64,000 nucleotides of DNA from Candidatus Binatia bacterium (GCA_963666515.2 OY762897.2:256001-320000), one strand, 5' to 3'; shown: positions 29,560 through 39,251, counted from the stretch's first letter. Numbers and translations: made by a program. The notes: generated by a model from the sequence alone, not told the origin.

Positions 29560-31776
29560 TCATTCCTTCCGCAACGCGTCGTAGACCTTCTCCGCGGTGA
29601 TGGGCAGGTCGGCGATGCGCACGCCCACCGCCGCTTCCACTGCGTTGGCGATGGCGGGTGCGGTGGGCACGATGCTCATCTCCCCAATGGCCTTGGCGTT
29701 GTAGGGGCCGGGTCCGGTCTGGTCTTCCACCAGCACGGTCTGGAGCGGCGGCAGGTCCTTCACGCACGGCACGCAGTAGTCGCCGAGGTTGAGGGTGGTG
29801 ACCCGGGGTCCGTCCTTGACCATCTCCTCCATCACCGCGTAGCCCAGGCCCTGCACGAAGCCGCCGTCGATCTGGCCCTGGTGCCCCAACGGGTTGATGA
29901 TAGTGCCGACGTCGTGGGCGGTCACCACCTTCTTCACGTCCACCGTGCCGGTCTCCCGGTCCACCGCCACCTCCGCCACCTGGACGAAGAACGCCGGAAC
30001 CGGCGAGCGCTGCGGCTGGTAGGACTTGCGCACCGTCAGGTCCTTCTCCTCAGCGATGAGCCTCCCGGCCACGTCGGCGAAGGGCAGCGCCGCGCCGCCG
30101 GCGCTGAAGCGGCCGTCCGCCAGGGTGACGTCGTCCGCCTTGCAGCCGAGGGCATCGGCGGCGGCCTCGGTGATCCGGTCGCGCAGCTCCTCCACGGCTT
30201 CCACCAGGCCGCGCCCGACCATGGCGGTGATCTTGCTGCCGCCGGGCTCGGCGTCGGTCTCGAAGGTATCGGTGTCGCCGCGGGCCACCTGGACCCGTTC
30301 GGCGGGCAGGGTCAGCAACTCCGCCGTGATCTGCCGCAGAAGCGTGTGGGTGCCGGTGCCGATGTCGGGAATCGCGGTCAGCACCGTGACTTCGCCGTCG
30401 GAGTTGCACGACACTTCCAGGTTGACGGTGCCGCTTCCGCCGGTGTGCCGGAAGCCCAGGGCCATGCCCCGGCCGGTGTCCTCGCCCGGCTTGTCTGCGT
30501 GCCAACCGGCTGCCGCCAGCGCGGCCTCCATGGTCTCGCGGCAACGGATCTTTTCCATCCCCCGCTTGTTGGGCAGCACGTCGCCGTCCTGCATCAGGTT
30601 CTTGAGCCGTATCGCCACCGGATCCAGGTCCAGCTCCCGGGCCAGCATGTCCAGCAGCGACTCAATGGCGAAAACCGCCTGCGGCTGTCCCGGCGATTTC
30701 ATGTAACCGCCTGGGACCCCGTTGGTGTAGACGTTGTAGGTGCGGATGGCGTAGTTCGGGATGCGGTAGGCGTTGACGACGTACGAACCGTCGATTTCCG
30801 ACGGCTTGAAGCCCGAGTAGGCGCCGCTGTCGAAGTAGATGTCGCTGTCCAGCGCCACCAGGGTCCCGTCGCGCTTCGCCCCGAGCTTCACGCGCATCAC
30901 CGAAGGGTGGCGCGGGTCGCCGGCCATCAGCTCCTCGGTGTAGTTCATCACCATCTTGACCGGACGCCCCACGGCCCTGGAAAGGTAGTAGCAGACCGGC
31001 ACGTCCATATGGGAGCCCTTGCCGCCGAAGTCGCCGCCCAGGGCCACGCCGTGGACGTGGATGTTCGCTTCCTCCAGCTCCAGTTGCGCGGCCAGCATCT
31101 GCTTGAGCCGGAACGGCGCCTTGCACGACGCCCACACGTCGATGCGCCCCTGTTCGTCGGTCGATACCACGGTGGCGTGGGGCTCGAGGTAAACCTGGTG
31201 CACCCCGGGAGTGCGGAAGGTATGCTCGATGGCAACCTCGGCCTCCGCCATCCCCTGCGCGACGTCACCGGCGCCATGCTCCTTGAGAGACAGGACGTTG
31301 GGCTGGTTGTCCGGCCGGCCGGGCACGCCGGCATACCCGGCGAGCCCCTCGTGTATCACCGGGGCGCCGTCGGCCAAGGCGTCTTCGACGTCGGCGACGG
31401 CGGGCAATTCCTCGTACTCCACCTCGATGAGCGACAGCGCCTCCTCGGCCGCATCGAGCGTGTCCGCGGCAACCGCCGCGATCTTGTCGCCGATGAAGCG
31501 CACCTTGTCGCGTGCCAGCACCGGCAGGTCCTGAAGGCTCACGCCCACGCGGAAATCGGGCACGTCCGCACCCGTCAGCACCGCGCGCACCCCCGGCACC
31601 CGCCGAGCCCGCGACGCGTCCACCCGCACCAGCCGCGCGTGCGGCATAGTGCTGCGCAGGCACTTGCCCCACAGCGCCTCCGGCGCGTCCACGTCCGCGG
31701 TGTAAACCATCCGGCCCGAAACCTTGTCCGGCCCCTCCACGCGCCCGATCGGTTGCCCTACGACCTTGAGTTCCAT
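29560..31776 (-). CDS. xanthine dehydrogenase family molybdopterin-binding subunit
   Basis: GRMVYTAD, GGDFGGK, QGQIDGGFVQGLG, AKAIGE (catalytic Glu), PAIANA. Confidence 0.92.
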   Translation of the reverse strand: MELKVVGQPIGRVEGPDKVSGRMVYTADVDAPEALWGKCLRSTMPHARLVRVDASRARRVPGVRAVLTGADVPDFRVGVSLQDLPVLARDKVRFIGDKIAAVAADTLDAAEEALSLIEVEYEELPAVADVEDALADGAPVIHEGLAGYAGVPGRPDNQPNVLSLKEHGAGDVAQGMAEAEVAIEHTFRTPGVHQVYLEPHATVVSTDEQGRIDVWASCKAPFRLKQMLAAQLELEEANIHVHGVALGGDFGGKGSHMDVPVCYYLSRAVGRPVKMVMNYTEELMAGDPRHPSVMRVKLGAKRDGTLVALDSDIYFDSGAYSGFKPSEIDGSYVVNAYRIPNYAIRTYNVYTNGVPGGYMKSPGQPQAVFAIESLLDMLARELDLDPVAIRLKNLMQDGDVLPNKRGMEKIRCRETMEAALAAAGWHADKPGEDTGRGMALGFRHTGGSGTVNLEVSCNSDGEVTVLTAIPDIGTGTHTLLRQITAELLTLPAERVQVARGDTDTFETDAEPGGSKITAMVGRGLVEAVEELRDRITEAAADALGCKADDVTLADGRFSAGGAALPFADVAGRLIAEEKDLTVRKSYQPQRSPVPAFFVQVAEVAVDRETGTVDVKKVVTAHDVGTIINPLGHQGQIDGGFVQGLGYAVMEEMVKDGPRVTTLNLGDYCVPCVKDLPPLQTVLVEDQTGPGPYNAKAIGEMSIVPTAPAIANAVEAAVGVRIADLPITAEKVYDALRKE

Positions 31777-31904
31777 GTTTGCTCCTGTTGGCTGTGGCGA
31801 CAACGTCAGGGTGGAGAGTTTGGCTGATTGGCACCAAAAGGGCAACGACGTTGCTGAATAAGTAGCGGCAGGAGGGGTAGGGCGAGGTAGAGGCAACTTG
31901 GAAT

Positions 31905-31973
31905 GCGCTGCGTTACCGGACTGACGTTTGGCGTGTTATCTATGTCACGGAGTTGGAGGGAAGAATGCGGTGA
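31905..31973 (+). pseudogene. remnant of a RelE/HigB (Gp49-like) toxin
   Basis: Translates ALRYRTDVWRVIYVTELEG, resembling the RVxY core of RelE-fold toxins, directly upstream of an XRE antitoxin; no start codon. Confidence 0.5.
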
Positions 31974-32356
31974 TTCACGAAAGGGACTTTGGCCTCGAAG
32001 TGGGAAGCGGGAACGTCTTCCGGGATTTCGGCGATCCTCACGCGGATCTGAAGCACGCCAAGGCGGTTCTGGCGGCTCGAATCATCGCGGTGCTGGAGGA
32101 CCGCCGACTCAGCCCGGCGAAGGCAGGCCGGATGACCGGGTTTGCCGCCGCTGATTTTGCACGCATCCGTGACGCCGATCTCGGACGTTTCACCTTGGAT
32201 CGGCTGATGAAGATCCTCGCGGCACTCGACGCGGACATCCGTATGACTCTCCATATCGATCCCCGGCGGGGTGCGGGGCCGCACGGACGCCCCGGCGGCC
32301 GTCCCGTTCGTCCTGCGCCCTTCGACAAGGCTCAGGACAGGCATGGCGAGTCCTGA
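31970..32356 (+). CDS. XRE-family HTH antitoxin-like protein
   Basis: GSGNVFRDFG, ADFARIRDADLGRFTLDRL; C-terminus extended into a downstream palindromic repeat. Confidence 0.8.
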   Translation: MIHERDFGLEVGSGNVFRDFGDPHADLKHAKAVLAARIIAVLEDRRLSPAKAGRMTGFAAADFARIRDADLGRFTLDRLMKILAALDADIRMTLHIDPRRGAGPHGRPGGRPVRPAPFDKAQDRHGES

Positions 32357-32389
32357 GCGAGGGAGTCGTAGCCGAGTGTAGCCGAAGGG
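32304..32389. repeat. palindromic REP-like element (CCGTTCGTCCTG...CCCTTCGAC...CTCAGG family)
   Basis: Nested inverted repeats CCCTTCG/CGAAGGG and GCTCAGGAC/GTCCTGAGC. Confidence 0.7.
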
Positions 32390-32431
32390 GAGCGACGGCG
32401 CGGTCGGCCGGGACACACAGCGTCATTCAGG

Positions 32432-32460
32432 TTGCACAAGCGCGCATCATTCAATATGCT
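32432..32460 (+). promoter_or_regulatory. sigma70-like promoter
   Basis: TTGCAC-N17-TATGCT upstream of the deacylase gene. Confidence 0.5.
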
Positions 32461-32539
32461 GCCCCGCGTAATAGCCGGGTTGCGTCAGTATCCCGTCCCC
32501 CATTGATCTCTACACGTTGCGACCAAGGAGAATTTGGCC

Positions 32540-34240
32540 ATGGAATATGATCTGTTGATTCGCGGCGGCCGGGTTGCCGACGGTTCCGGGCTGCCGTCCC
32601 ATACCGCGGACGTGGGTGTGAAGGACGGCAAGATTGCCGGGGTGGGCCGGCTCAATGGCTCCGCCAGCCGGACCATCGACGCCGCCGGGCTGGTGGTGTC
32701 GCCGGGATTCATCGACCACCACACCCACATGGACGCGCAGATCCTCTGGGATCCCTACGGCACCTCCGAGCCGCAGCACGGCATCACCTCCATCGTCATG
32801 GGGAACTGCGGCCTGGCCCTGGCGCCGGTGGACGACGGCGGCGAGGACGCCCTGGTCAAGAGCTTCGTGCGGGTGGAGGCGATCCCCCGCTTCGCGCTGG
32901 AGAAGGGCGTGACCTGGCGCTGGCACAGCTACGGCGAGTACCTCGACGCCCTGGAGGGCAAGCTCGGCATCAATGCCGGCGGGCTGGTGGGGCACATCGC
33001 GGTGCGCCAGAACGTCATGGGCGAGGAGTCGGTGGAGCGGAAGGCCACGGCCGCCGAGGTGCAGAAGATGAAAGGCCTGGTGCGGGACGCCATGGACGCC
33101 GGCGCCCTGGGGTTCTCCACCAACCGCAACGAGCGGCACATGCGGGAGGACGGCAAGCCCGTGGCCAGCCGCCTGGCGGACGACGACGAGCTGTACGCCC
33201 TGTGCGACGTGCTCGGCGAGCTCAACAGCGGCATCATCGAGACCATCCTCGGCCGCAACAAGATGGAGCACTTCGACAACTACTACGACCTGGCCAGCAG
33301 GACGCAGCGGCCGATCATCTGGCAGAGCGTGCACCACCGCTGGGCGGAGCCCACGCTCTGGCAGGAGCAGCTCGACGCGGTGTCGCGCATCTTCCGGGAC
33401 GGCTACCGCGCCTACGGCCTCACCCAGACCGTGCCGCTGGTCCGTCACTTCAACCTGCAGAACGCCCAGCTCTTCGACGAGTTTCCCAACTGGAAGAACA
33501 TCATGTTCCTGCCGGTGGAGGTGCGCCAGCAGGCCTTCGCTGACCCGGCCACCCGCGCGAAGCTGCGCGAGGACCTGGCCACCGAGCGCATGACCAACTT
33601 CCACCGGCGCTGGGACATCGTGCAGGTGGAGAAGGTCGTCAAGGAAGAGAACAAGCGCTACGAGGGCAAGAGCGTGGCCGAGATGGCGGCCATGCGCAAC
33701 CAGCACCCGGTGGACGCGCTGCTCGATCTCTCATTGGAAGAGGGTCTGCTGACGACCTTCCAGAACGCCAACACGGGCGGGGACCCGCAGGCCATGGGCG
33801 AGATCCTGCGCAGCCCCTACGTCCTGGTGGGCACGTCGGACGCCGGCGCCCACGTGCTGTACGGCGCGGACTTCGGCTACGGCACCACGCTGCTGGGCCT
33901 GTGGGTGCGGGAGCGGGGCCTCATGACGCTGGAAGAGGCGGTGCACAAGCTCACCTTCCACGTGGCCTCCGTGTACGGCCTGGAGGGCAGGGGGCTGATC
34001 CGGCCCGGATACGCCGCGGACCTGACCCTGTTCGACCCCGAGACCGTGCGGGCGTACGAGCCCGAGTGGGCGGAGGACTACCCGGCGGGGACGAAGCGCC
34101 TGATCCAGCGCTCCGAGGGCATCCACTATACCATCGTCAACGGCGGGGTGATCTACGACGACGGCCGCCTGAGCGGAGACCTTCCGGGCCAGGTGTTACG
34201 CGGTTCGGCCTACGCGCCGACGCGCGCGGCCGCCGCGTAG
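32540..34240 (+). CDS. N-acyl-D-amino-acid deacylase family amidohydrolase
   Basis: YDLLIRGG, PGFIDHHTHMD, MGNCG, SDAGAH, RGLIRPGYAADL. Confidence 0.9.
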   Translation: MEYDLLIRGGRVADGSGLPSHTADVGVKDGKIAGVGRLNGSASRTIDAAGLVVSPGFIDHHTHMDAQILWDPYGTSEPQHGITSIVMGNCGLALAPVDDGGEDALVKSFVRVEAIPRFALEKGVTWRWHSYGEYLDALEGKLGINAGGLVGHIAVRQNVMGEESVERKATAAEVQKMKGLVRDAMDAGALGFSTNRNERHMREDGKPVASRLADDDELYALCDVLGELNSGIIETILGRNKMEHFDNYYDLASRTQRPIIWQSVHHRWAEPTLWQEQLDAVSRIFRDGYRAYGLTQTVPLVRHFNLQNAQLFDEFPNWKNIMFLPVEVRQQAFADPATRAKLREDLATERMTNFHRRWDIVQVEKVVKEENKRYEGKSVAEMAAMRNQHPVDALLDLSLEEGLLTTFQNANTGGDPQAMGEILRSPYVLVGTSDAGAHVLYGADFGYGTTLLGLWVRERGLMTLEEAVHKLTFHVASVYGLEGRGLIRPGYAADLTLFDPETVRAYEPEWAEDYPAGTKRLIQRSEGIHYTIVNGGVIYDDGRLSGDLPGQVLRGSAYAPTRAAAA

Positions 34241-34265
34241 TGTGGTGTCCCGTAACAGGAGCTTG

Positions 34266-34315
34266 CGTCCTCCGACTTCGCTCCGCTGGCGCGGAGCTAC
34301 GCTCAGGATGAACGG
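34266..34315. repeat. REP-like element of the same family as 32304, opposite orientation
   Basis: Reverse complement starts CCGTTCATCCTGAGC; internal hairpin GCTCCGC...GCGGAGC. Confidence 0.65.
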
Positions 34316-34383
34316 GCATAGGGGGCCGTGTGGGCGTCACCTACATAACGGGCATAGGGAGGCCGTGTGGGCATCACCTACAT
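34311..34383 (+). repeat. tandem duplication (36/37 nt) of the Rieske gene RBS and first codons
   Basis: AACGGGCATAGGGGGCCGTGTGGGCGTCACCTACAT followed by AACGGGCATAGGGAGGCCGTGTGGGCATCACCTACAT. Confidence 0.85.
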
Positions 34384-34684
34384 TCCGGTAGCGCAGGCCG
34401 GTGAACTGGAGCGCGGGCAAAGGAAGGCGGTGGACCTGAACGGACGGTCCCTGGTGCTGACCCGCGTGGACGACGGCTACTTCGCGTTTTCCCGCTATTG
34501 CCCGCACGAGAGCGCGGACCTCATGAACGGCCCCATCGTCGCCGGGAAGGTGCGCTGCGACAACCACGGCTACTGCTTCGATCTCGACTCCGGCGAGTGC
34601 GTGCTGCCCAAGGGCGGCGACCCGCTGACGGTGCTCCCCGTGGAGGAGAGAGGGGAAGAGGTCTGCATCCGCATCGAGTGGTAG
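34367..34684 (+). CDS. Rieske [2Fe-2S] ferredoxin
   Basis: CPHE...CDNHGYCFD (CxH...CxxH). Confidence 0.9.
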   Translation: MGITYIPVAQAGELERGQRKAVDLNGRSLVLTRVDDGYFAFSRYCPHESADLMNGPIVAGKVRCDNHGYCFDLDSGECVLPKGGDPLTVLPVEERGEEVCIRIEW

Positions 34685-35649
34685 TCCCGCCTCCCGCGCC
34701 CGCCGCGGAGCCCTTCGACGCGGTCCTCCTGATCGCGTTCGGCGGACCCGAAAGCCCGGAGGAGATCCGGCCGTTCCTGGAGCGGGTGACCGCTGGGCGG
34801 GGTATCCCGCGGACGCGTCTCGAGGCGGTGGCGCGCCACTACGAGCTGATCGGCGGCCGTTCGCCGCTGAACGATCTCACGCGCGCACAGGCGGACGCGT
34901 TGCGGCGGAGGCTGGCCCGGGACGGGATCGACGTCCCCGTCTACGTGGGCATGCGCAACTGGCGCCCTTTCCTGGACGAGACTCTGGCCGAGATCGCTGC
35001 CCACGGTTGCCGGCGCGTGCTGGGAATCATCCTCTCGGCGTTCCAGACCGAGGCCTCCTGGGGCCGGTACATCGACGCGGTGGAGGCCGCCCGCAAGGCC
35101 ATGACGGACCCCGTTCCGGTGGTGGAATACGCCGAGCCCTGGTCGCATCGCCCGCTGTTCATCCGGGCGGTGGCCGACGGCGTCGCCGCCGCGGTCGAAG
35201 CGTTGCCGAGCGCGTTCCGGGACGCCCCGCTGGTATTCACCGCCCACAGCATCCCGTGTTCCATGGCTGGCGAGTCACCTTACGTGGAGCAGTTCCGCGA
35301 GGCTTCGCAAAGGGTGGCCCGACGGCTGCAGCAGACCGACTGGACCCTGGCGTACCAGAGCCGCAGCGGCAACCCCCGCGACCCCTGGCTGGAGCCCGAC
35401 GTGAACGAGACCATCGAGCGGTTGGCGCGGGCCGGCGAGAAGGCCGTGGTCACGGTCCCCATCGGTTTCGTCTGCGACCACGTCGAGGTCCTCTACGACC
35501 TCGACGTCGAGGCCAGCCGGCGCGCGCGCGAGCTGGGGATGCGCTTCTGCAGGGCCCCGGCGGTAAACGACCACCCCCTGTTCATCGAGATGCTGGCCGG
35601 CCTTGTGGCGGCTCCCGGTCGTATTGACCCGGGCAAATCCGGGTTATAG
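34678..35649 (+). CDS. hemH: ferrochelatase
   Basis: AVLLIAFGGP, IGGRSPLN, GMRNWRP, FTAHSIP, YQSRSG..WLEPD, GFVCDHVEVLYDLD. Confidence 0.94.
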   Translation: MVVPPPAPAAEPFDAVLLIAFGGPESPEEIRPFLERVTAGRGIPRTRLEAVARHYELIGGRSPLNDLTRAQADALRRRLARDGIDVPVYVGMRNWRPFLDETLAEIAAHGCRRVLGIILSAFQTEASWGRYIDAVEAARKAMTDPVPVVEYAEPWSHRPLFIRAVADGVAAAVEALPSAFRDAPLVFTAHSIPCSMAGESPYVEQFREASQRVARRLQQTDWTLAYQSRSGNPRDPWLEPDVNETIERLARAGEKAVVTVPIGFVCDHVEVLYDLDVEASRRARELGMRFCRAPAVNDHPLFIEMLAGLVAAPGRIDPGKSGL

Positions 35650-35704
35650 GATTGCGGTTGCGGGCGGGCGTCCCGCTCACGTCCATCGCGCAGGGAGGGG
35701 AATC

Positions 35705-36712
35705 ATGCTCTCCAGGTTCCTGAGTTCGCTCGCGGTCGCGCTCTTTGCGTCGTTCACGCTGGTCTCCGCCGCTCCGGGCGCCGAAGCCCGGAGCCCGGTC
35801 CGGCTCGCCTTCGCCGGTTTCGGGGTGGGGACCGTCGTCACCTGGATCGCCAGGGACACCGGCCTCTTTGCGAAGTACGGTCTCGACATCGACACGGTCT
35901 ACCTCGACGGCGCCGCGGCCGGCGGCGTGCAGTCCCTCCTGGGGGCCGACATCTTCGTGACTTCCCGGGACGTGCTGCCGCCGCTGGAGGCCGCCAGCAA
36001 CGGCGCCGACCTGGTGTTTTTCGGGGGCCACGTGAGCGCCGAGAACTATCGTTTCGGCGTGGCTTCCTACGTCGATCACCTGGCGCAGCTCAAGGGCAAG
36101 AAGGTCGGGGTCTCGAATCTCGGCAGGAAGTCCGACCTGATCGCGCGCGTGGTCCTGCGGCGCGCGGGACTCGACCCGGTGGAGGACGTGGAGATGGTTC
36201 CCATCGGCTATTCGCCCCAGCGAGCCGCCGCCCTCTACCGCAACGTCGTCCAGGGGGCGCCGCTGGTCCCGCAGGTGGCCGCGCAAGCGCAACGGGTAGG
36301 CATCAAGGTACTCGATGTCGGCGAGGTCAACCTGGTCACCGACCTGCTGGTCACCACCCGCTCCTTCGCCGACCGCAACGCCAACGTGCTGCGCCGCTTC
36401 CTGATGGCCTATCTCAACGGCGTCCAGCATTTCCTCACCGAACGCGCCGACAGCATGCGGATCATGAAGAAGTACGTGACCGTGGCCGAGGGATCCTCGC
36501 TGGCGGTGACCTACGGAACCCTCGCGCACCGCCTGGACCCGCTGCCCCTGCTTCACCCCGAGGCGCTCCAGGCGCTGATCGACGCGGTCTCGGTGACGGA
36601 CTCGCGCGCGCGGCAGCTCGCCCCCCGGCGGCTGCTGGAGCTGGACCTCCTCCAACGGCTGGACCGGTCCGGCTTCGTCAAGGGGCTCTACGCGGAGAAG
36701 ATCGAGCTGTAG
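35705..36712 (+). CDS. ABC transporter substrate-binding protein (NMT1/SsuA-like)
   Basis: Signal peptide, WIARDTGLFAKYGLD, QLKGKKVGVS, GLDPVEDV. Confidence 0.85.
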   Translation: MLSRFLSSLAVALFASFTLVSAAPGAEARSPVRLAFAGFGVGTVVTWIARDTGLFAKYGLDIDTVYLDGAAAGGVQSLLGADIFVTSRDVLPPLEAASNGADLVFFGGHVSAENYRFGVASYVDHLAQLKGKKVGVSNLGRKSDLIARVVLRRAGLDPVEDVEMVPIGYSPQRAAALYRNVVQGAPLVPQVAAQAQRVGIKVLDVGEVNLVTDLLVTTRSFADRNANVLRRFLMAYLNGVQHFLTERADSMRIMKKYVTVAEGSSLAVTYGTLAHRLDPLPLLHPEALQALIDAVSVTDSRARQLAPRRLLELDLLQRLDRSGFVKGLYAEKIEL

Positions 36713-36729
36713 GCGCGCGTCCGCCAAAA

Positions 36730-36758
36730 TTGCATTCACCGCGCATATCCCCTAGAAT
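36730..36758 (+). promoter_or_regulatory. sigma70-like promoter
   Basis: TTGCAT-N17-TAGAAT upstream of plsC-rnj-ftsK-lolA. Confidence 0.55.
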
Positions 36759-36797
36759 GAAGGGACCTCGGGTTGCACGCTGTCGACGGCCCCGGGC

Positions 36798-37601
36798 ATG
36801 CACGCCTTGAACAGCATGTACACGCTAAAGCTGGCCCTGATCGTCCTTGGAAGCATTCTCCAGAGCCTCCCCATCATGGCCCTCGGGCTCCTGGATCCCT
36901 GGGGCCGGCGCGTCTATCCGATGTTCCGCTTCTGGTCCTGGTGTGTCCTCAAGGTCGGCGGGGTGGGCCTGAAGGTCCGTCAGGCGGGCGGCGTGGACCC
37001 CGGCCGGGCCTACATCTTCATGGCCAATCATCAGAGCAACATCGACATTCCGGTGCTGGTGCAGGCGCTCGCGCCGTTTCAGCTTCGCTGGATGGCCAAG
37101 CGGGAGCTGCTCCGGGTGCCGTTCTTCGGCTGGGCGCTGTGGGCGTCGAAGCACGTCATCGTGAGACGCGCGGGGTCGAAGGGGGTGGCGGCCGCCATGG
37201 CCAGCGCCGGTGAGAAGCTGGCGCAGGGGATCTCGGTGGTGGTGTTTCCAGAGGGCACCCGCAGCGCGGACGGACGGCTGCTGCCGTTCAAGCGCGGCGG
37301 CTTCCGTCTGGCCGAGAAGGCCGGGGTCGCCATCGTGCCCGTTACCATCAACGGCTCCGGCGCGCTGATGAAGCGAGGCGACTGGCGGCTCAGGCCCGGG
37401 GAAGTCGAGGTCGTCATCGGCGACCCGATACCGCCGGACGACGGGGACGACCGTTCCCGCCGGCAGATGCAGCGCGTCCGGGAGGCCATCGGCGCGCGCC
37501 TGACGCCGCACGATACGGCGCCGGGCGAGGACCGCGGCGCATGGCGGGGGCTGCCGCCGGCGGCGGAGGGGGAGGGCGAGAGGTCCGGATGGACACCGTA
37601 A
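36798..37601 (+). CDS. plsC: 1-acyl-sn-glycerol-3-phosphate acyltransferase
   Basis: NHQSNID (HxxxxD), FPEGTRS, PFKRGGF. Confidence 0.9.
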   Translation: MHALNSMYTLKLALIVLGSILQSLPIMALGLLDPWGRRVYPMFRFWSWCVLKVGGVGLKVRQAGGVDPGRAYIFMANHQSNIDIPVLVQALAPFQLRWMAKRELLRVPFFGWALWASKHVIVRRAGSKGVAAAMASAGEKLAQGISVVVFPEGTRSADGRLLPFKRGGFRLAEKAGVAIVPVTINGSGALMKRGDWRLRPGEVEVVIGDPIPPDDGDDRSRRQMQRVREAIGARLTPHDTAPGEDRGAWRGLPPAAEGEGERSGWTP

Positions 37602-39241
37602 GGATCGTGCCCCTCGGGGGTCTGGGAGAGTTCGGCTCCAACATGCTGGCCGTGGAGTGGGGCGACTCCGTGATCGCGGTGGACTGCGGCGTGATGTTCC
37701 CCAGCCCCGAGATGCTGGGCATCGACTTGGTGATCCCCGACATCAGCTACCTGGCGGACCGGGGGAAGGCGCCCCAGGCCATCGTCCTGACCCACGCCCA
37801 CGAAGACCACATCGGCGCGTTGCCCTACGTCCTCCGGCGCTGCCCGGCGCCGGTGTACGGCACGCGCCTGACCCTGGGCTTCGTGCGCCACAAGCTGCGC
37901 GAGCACCGGCTGGAGGAATCCACCGAGCTGGTGGAGATCGTCCCCGGCGAGCGTTTTTCGGTGGGTCCCTTCACGCTCGAAGGGATCCCGGTGACCCACA
38001 GCCTGGTGGACTGCATCGCCCTGGCCATCGAGACGCCGGTCGGGAACATCATCCACACCGGCGACTTCAAGATCGACAACACGCCCATGCCCGGGCAGTG
38101 CTTCGACTTCCACCGTTTCGCGGCCTACGGCGACAAGGGCGTCCTGCTCTTGCTCTCGGACTCCACCAACGTCGAGCGCGCCGGCTGCACGCCCTCGGAG
38201 CGCACCGTGGGAGAGGGGCTTCGGGGGATCTTCGGCGCCAGTCCGGGACGGATCTTCATCGCGACGTTCGCCTCGCACATCCCGCGCATCCAGCAGGTGG
38301 CGGAGCTGGCCGCGGATTTCGGGCGCAAGCTGGTGCTCAGCGGGCGGAGCATCATCAACAACACCGGCATCGCCGCGGACCTGGGCTGCCTCAGCCTGCC
38401 GGACGACGTCATGACCGACAACCAGGACTGGCGCGACGTCGCCGACGACCGGCTCTGCTTCCTCACCACCGGAAGCCAGGGAGAGCCCCTTTCCGTCCTG
38501 CACCGCGTGGCCTTCGACGAGCACCGCTCCATCCGCATCCAGCCGGGGGACACGGTGGTGTTGTCGGCGCGGTTCATACCGGGCAACGAGAAGGTCATCA
38601 GCAACCTCATCGACCACCTCTACCGGCGCGGCGCCCACGTCCACTACGAGCGCACTTCGGAGATCCACGTGTCGGGACACGCCAGCCAAGAAGAGTTGAA
38701 GACCATGATCCAGCTCACGCGTCCGCGCTACTTCGTGCCCGTGCACGGGGAGTTCCGGCAGCTCTGCAAGCACGTCGAGCTGGCCCGGGCGGTGGGCATA
38801 CCCTCGCGGCACTGCTTCCTCCTCGAGAACGGCGACGCGCTGGAGCTTACGGAGCGGGACGCGTGGCGGGCGGCGCCGGTGGCCTCCGGCAAGGTCTTCG
38901 TCGACGGCAAGGGCATCGGCGACGTGGAGGACATCGTCATACGGGACCGCCGGCACCTGAGCGAGGACGGCCTGGTGGTGGCCATGGCGGTGCACCAGCG
39001 CACCGGCGAGGTAGCCGCGGGCCCGGACCTGCTGGCCCGTGGGTTCATGCGCTCGGAGGAAGAGGACGACGTCCTCGGCACCGCCCGGGACTCGCTGCGG
39101 GAGTACCTCGACGGCTGCGGCGCGGAGATGCGCGCCGACTCCGCCGAGCTGAAGGAGGGTATACGCCGGTCGCTGCGGAAGTTCTTCGAGAAGAGGCTGC
39201 ACCGTCGGCCGGTGATCGTGCCCTACGTCATGGAGATGTAG
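37589..39241 (+). CDS. rnj: ribonuclease J
   Basis: PLGGLGEFG, THAHEDHIG, HTGDFK, SDSTN, GSQGEP, IHVSGH, PVHGE. Confidence 0.96.
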   Translation: MDTVRIVPLGGLGEFGSNMLAVEWGDSVIAVDCGVMFPSPEMLGIDLVIPDISYLADRGKAPQAIVLTHAHEDHIGALPYVLRRCPAPVYGTRLTLGFVRHKLREHRLEESTELVEIVPGERFSVGPFTLEGIPVTHSLVDCIALAIETPVGNIIHTGDFKIDNTPMPGQCFDFHRFAAYGDKGVLLLLSDSTNVERAGCTPSERTVGEGLRGIFGASPGRIFIATFASHIPRIQQVAELAADFGRKLVLSGRSIINNTGIAADLGCLSLPDDVMTDNQDWRDVADDRLCFLTTGSQGEPLSVLHRVAFDEHRSIRIQPGDTVVLSARFIPGNEKVISNLIDHLYRRGAHVHYERTSEIHVSGHASQEELKTMIQLTRPRYFVPVHGEFRQLCKHVELARAVGIPSRHCFLLENGDALELTERDAWRAAPVASGKVFVDGKGIGDVEDIVIRDRRHLSEDGLVVAMAVHQRTGEVAAGPDLLARGFMRSEEEDDVLGTARDSLREYLDGCGAEMRADSAELKEGIRRSLRKFFEKRLHRRPVIVPYVMEM

Positions 39242-39251
39242 GCGGACGTCC

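Noticed and set aside
31830-31845. sigma54-like TGGCAC-N5-GGGCA
   Set aside because: Poor -12 element, points only at a toxin remnant, and no enhancer-binding protein nearby.
34311-34383. CRISPR-like 36-37 nt repeats
   Set aside because: Only two abutting copies, no spacer, no cas genes; they duplicate a gene start.
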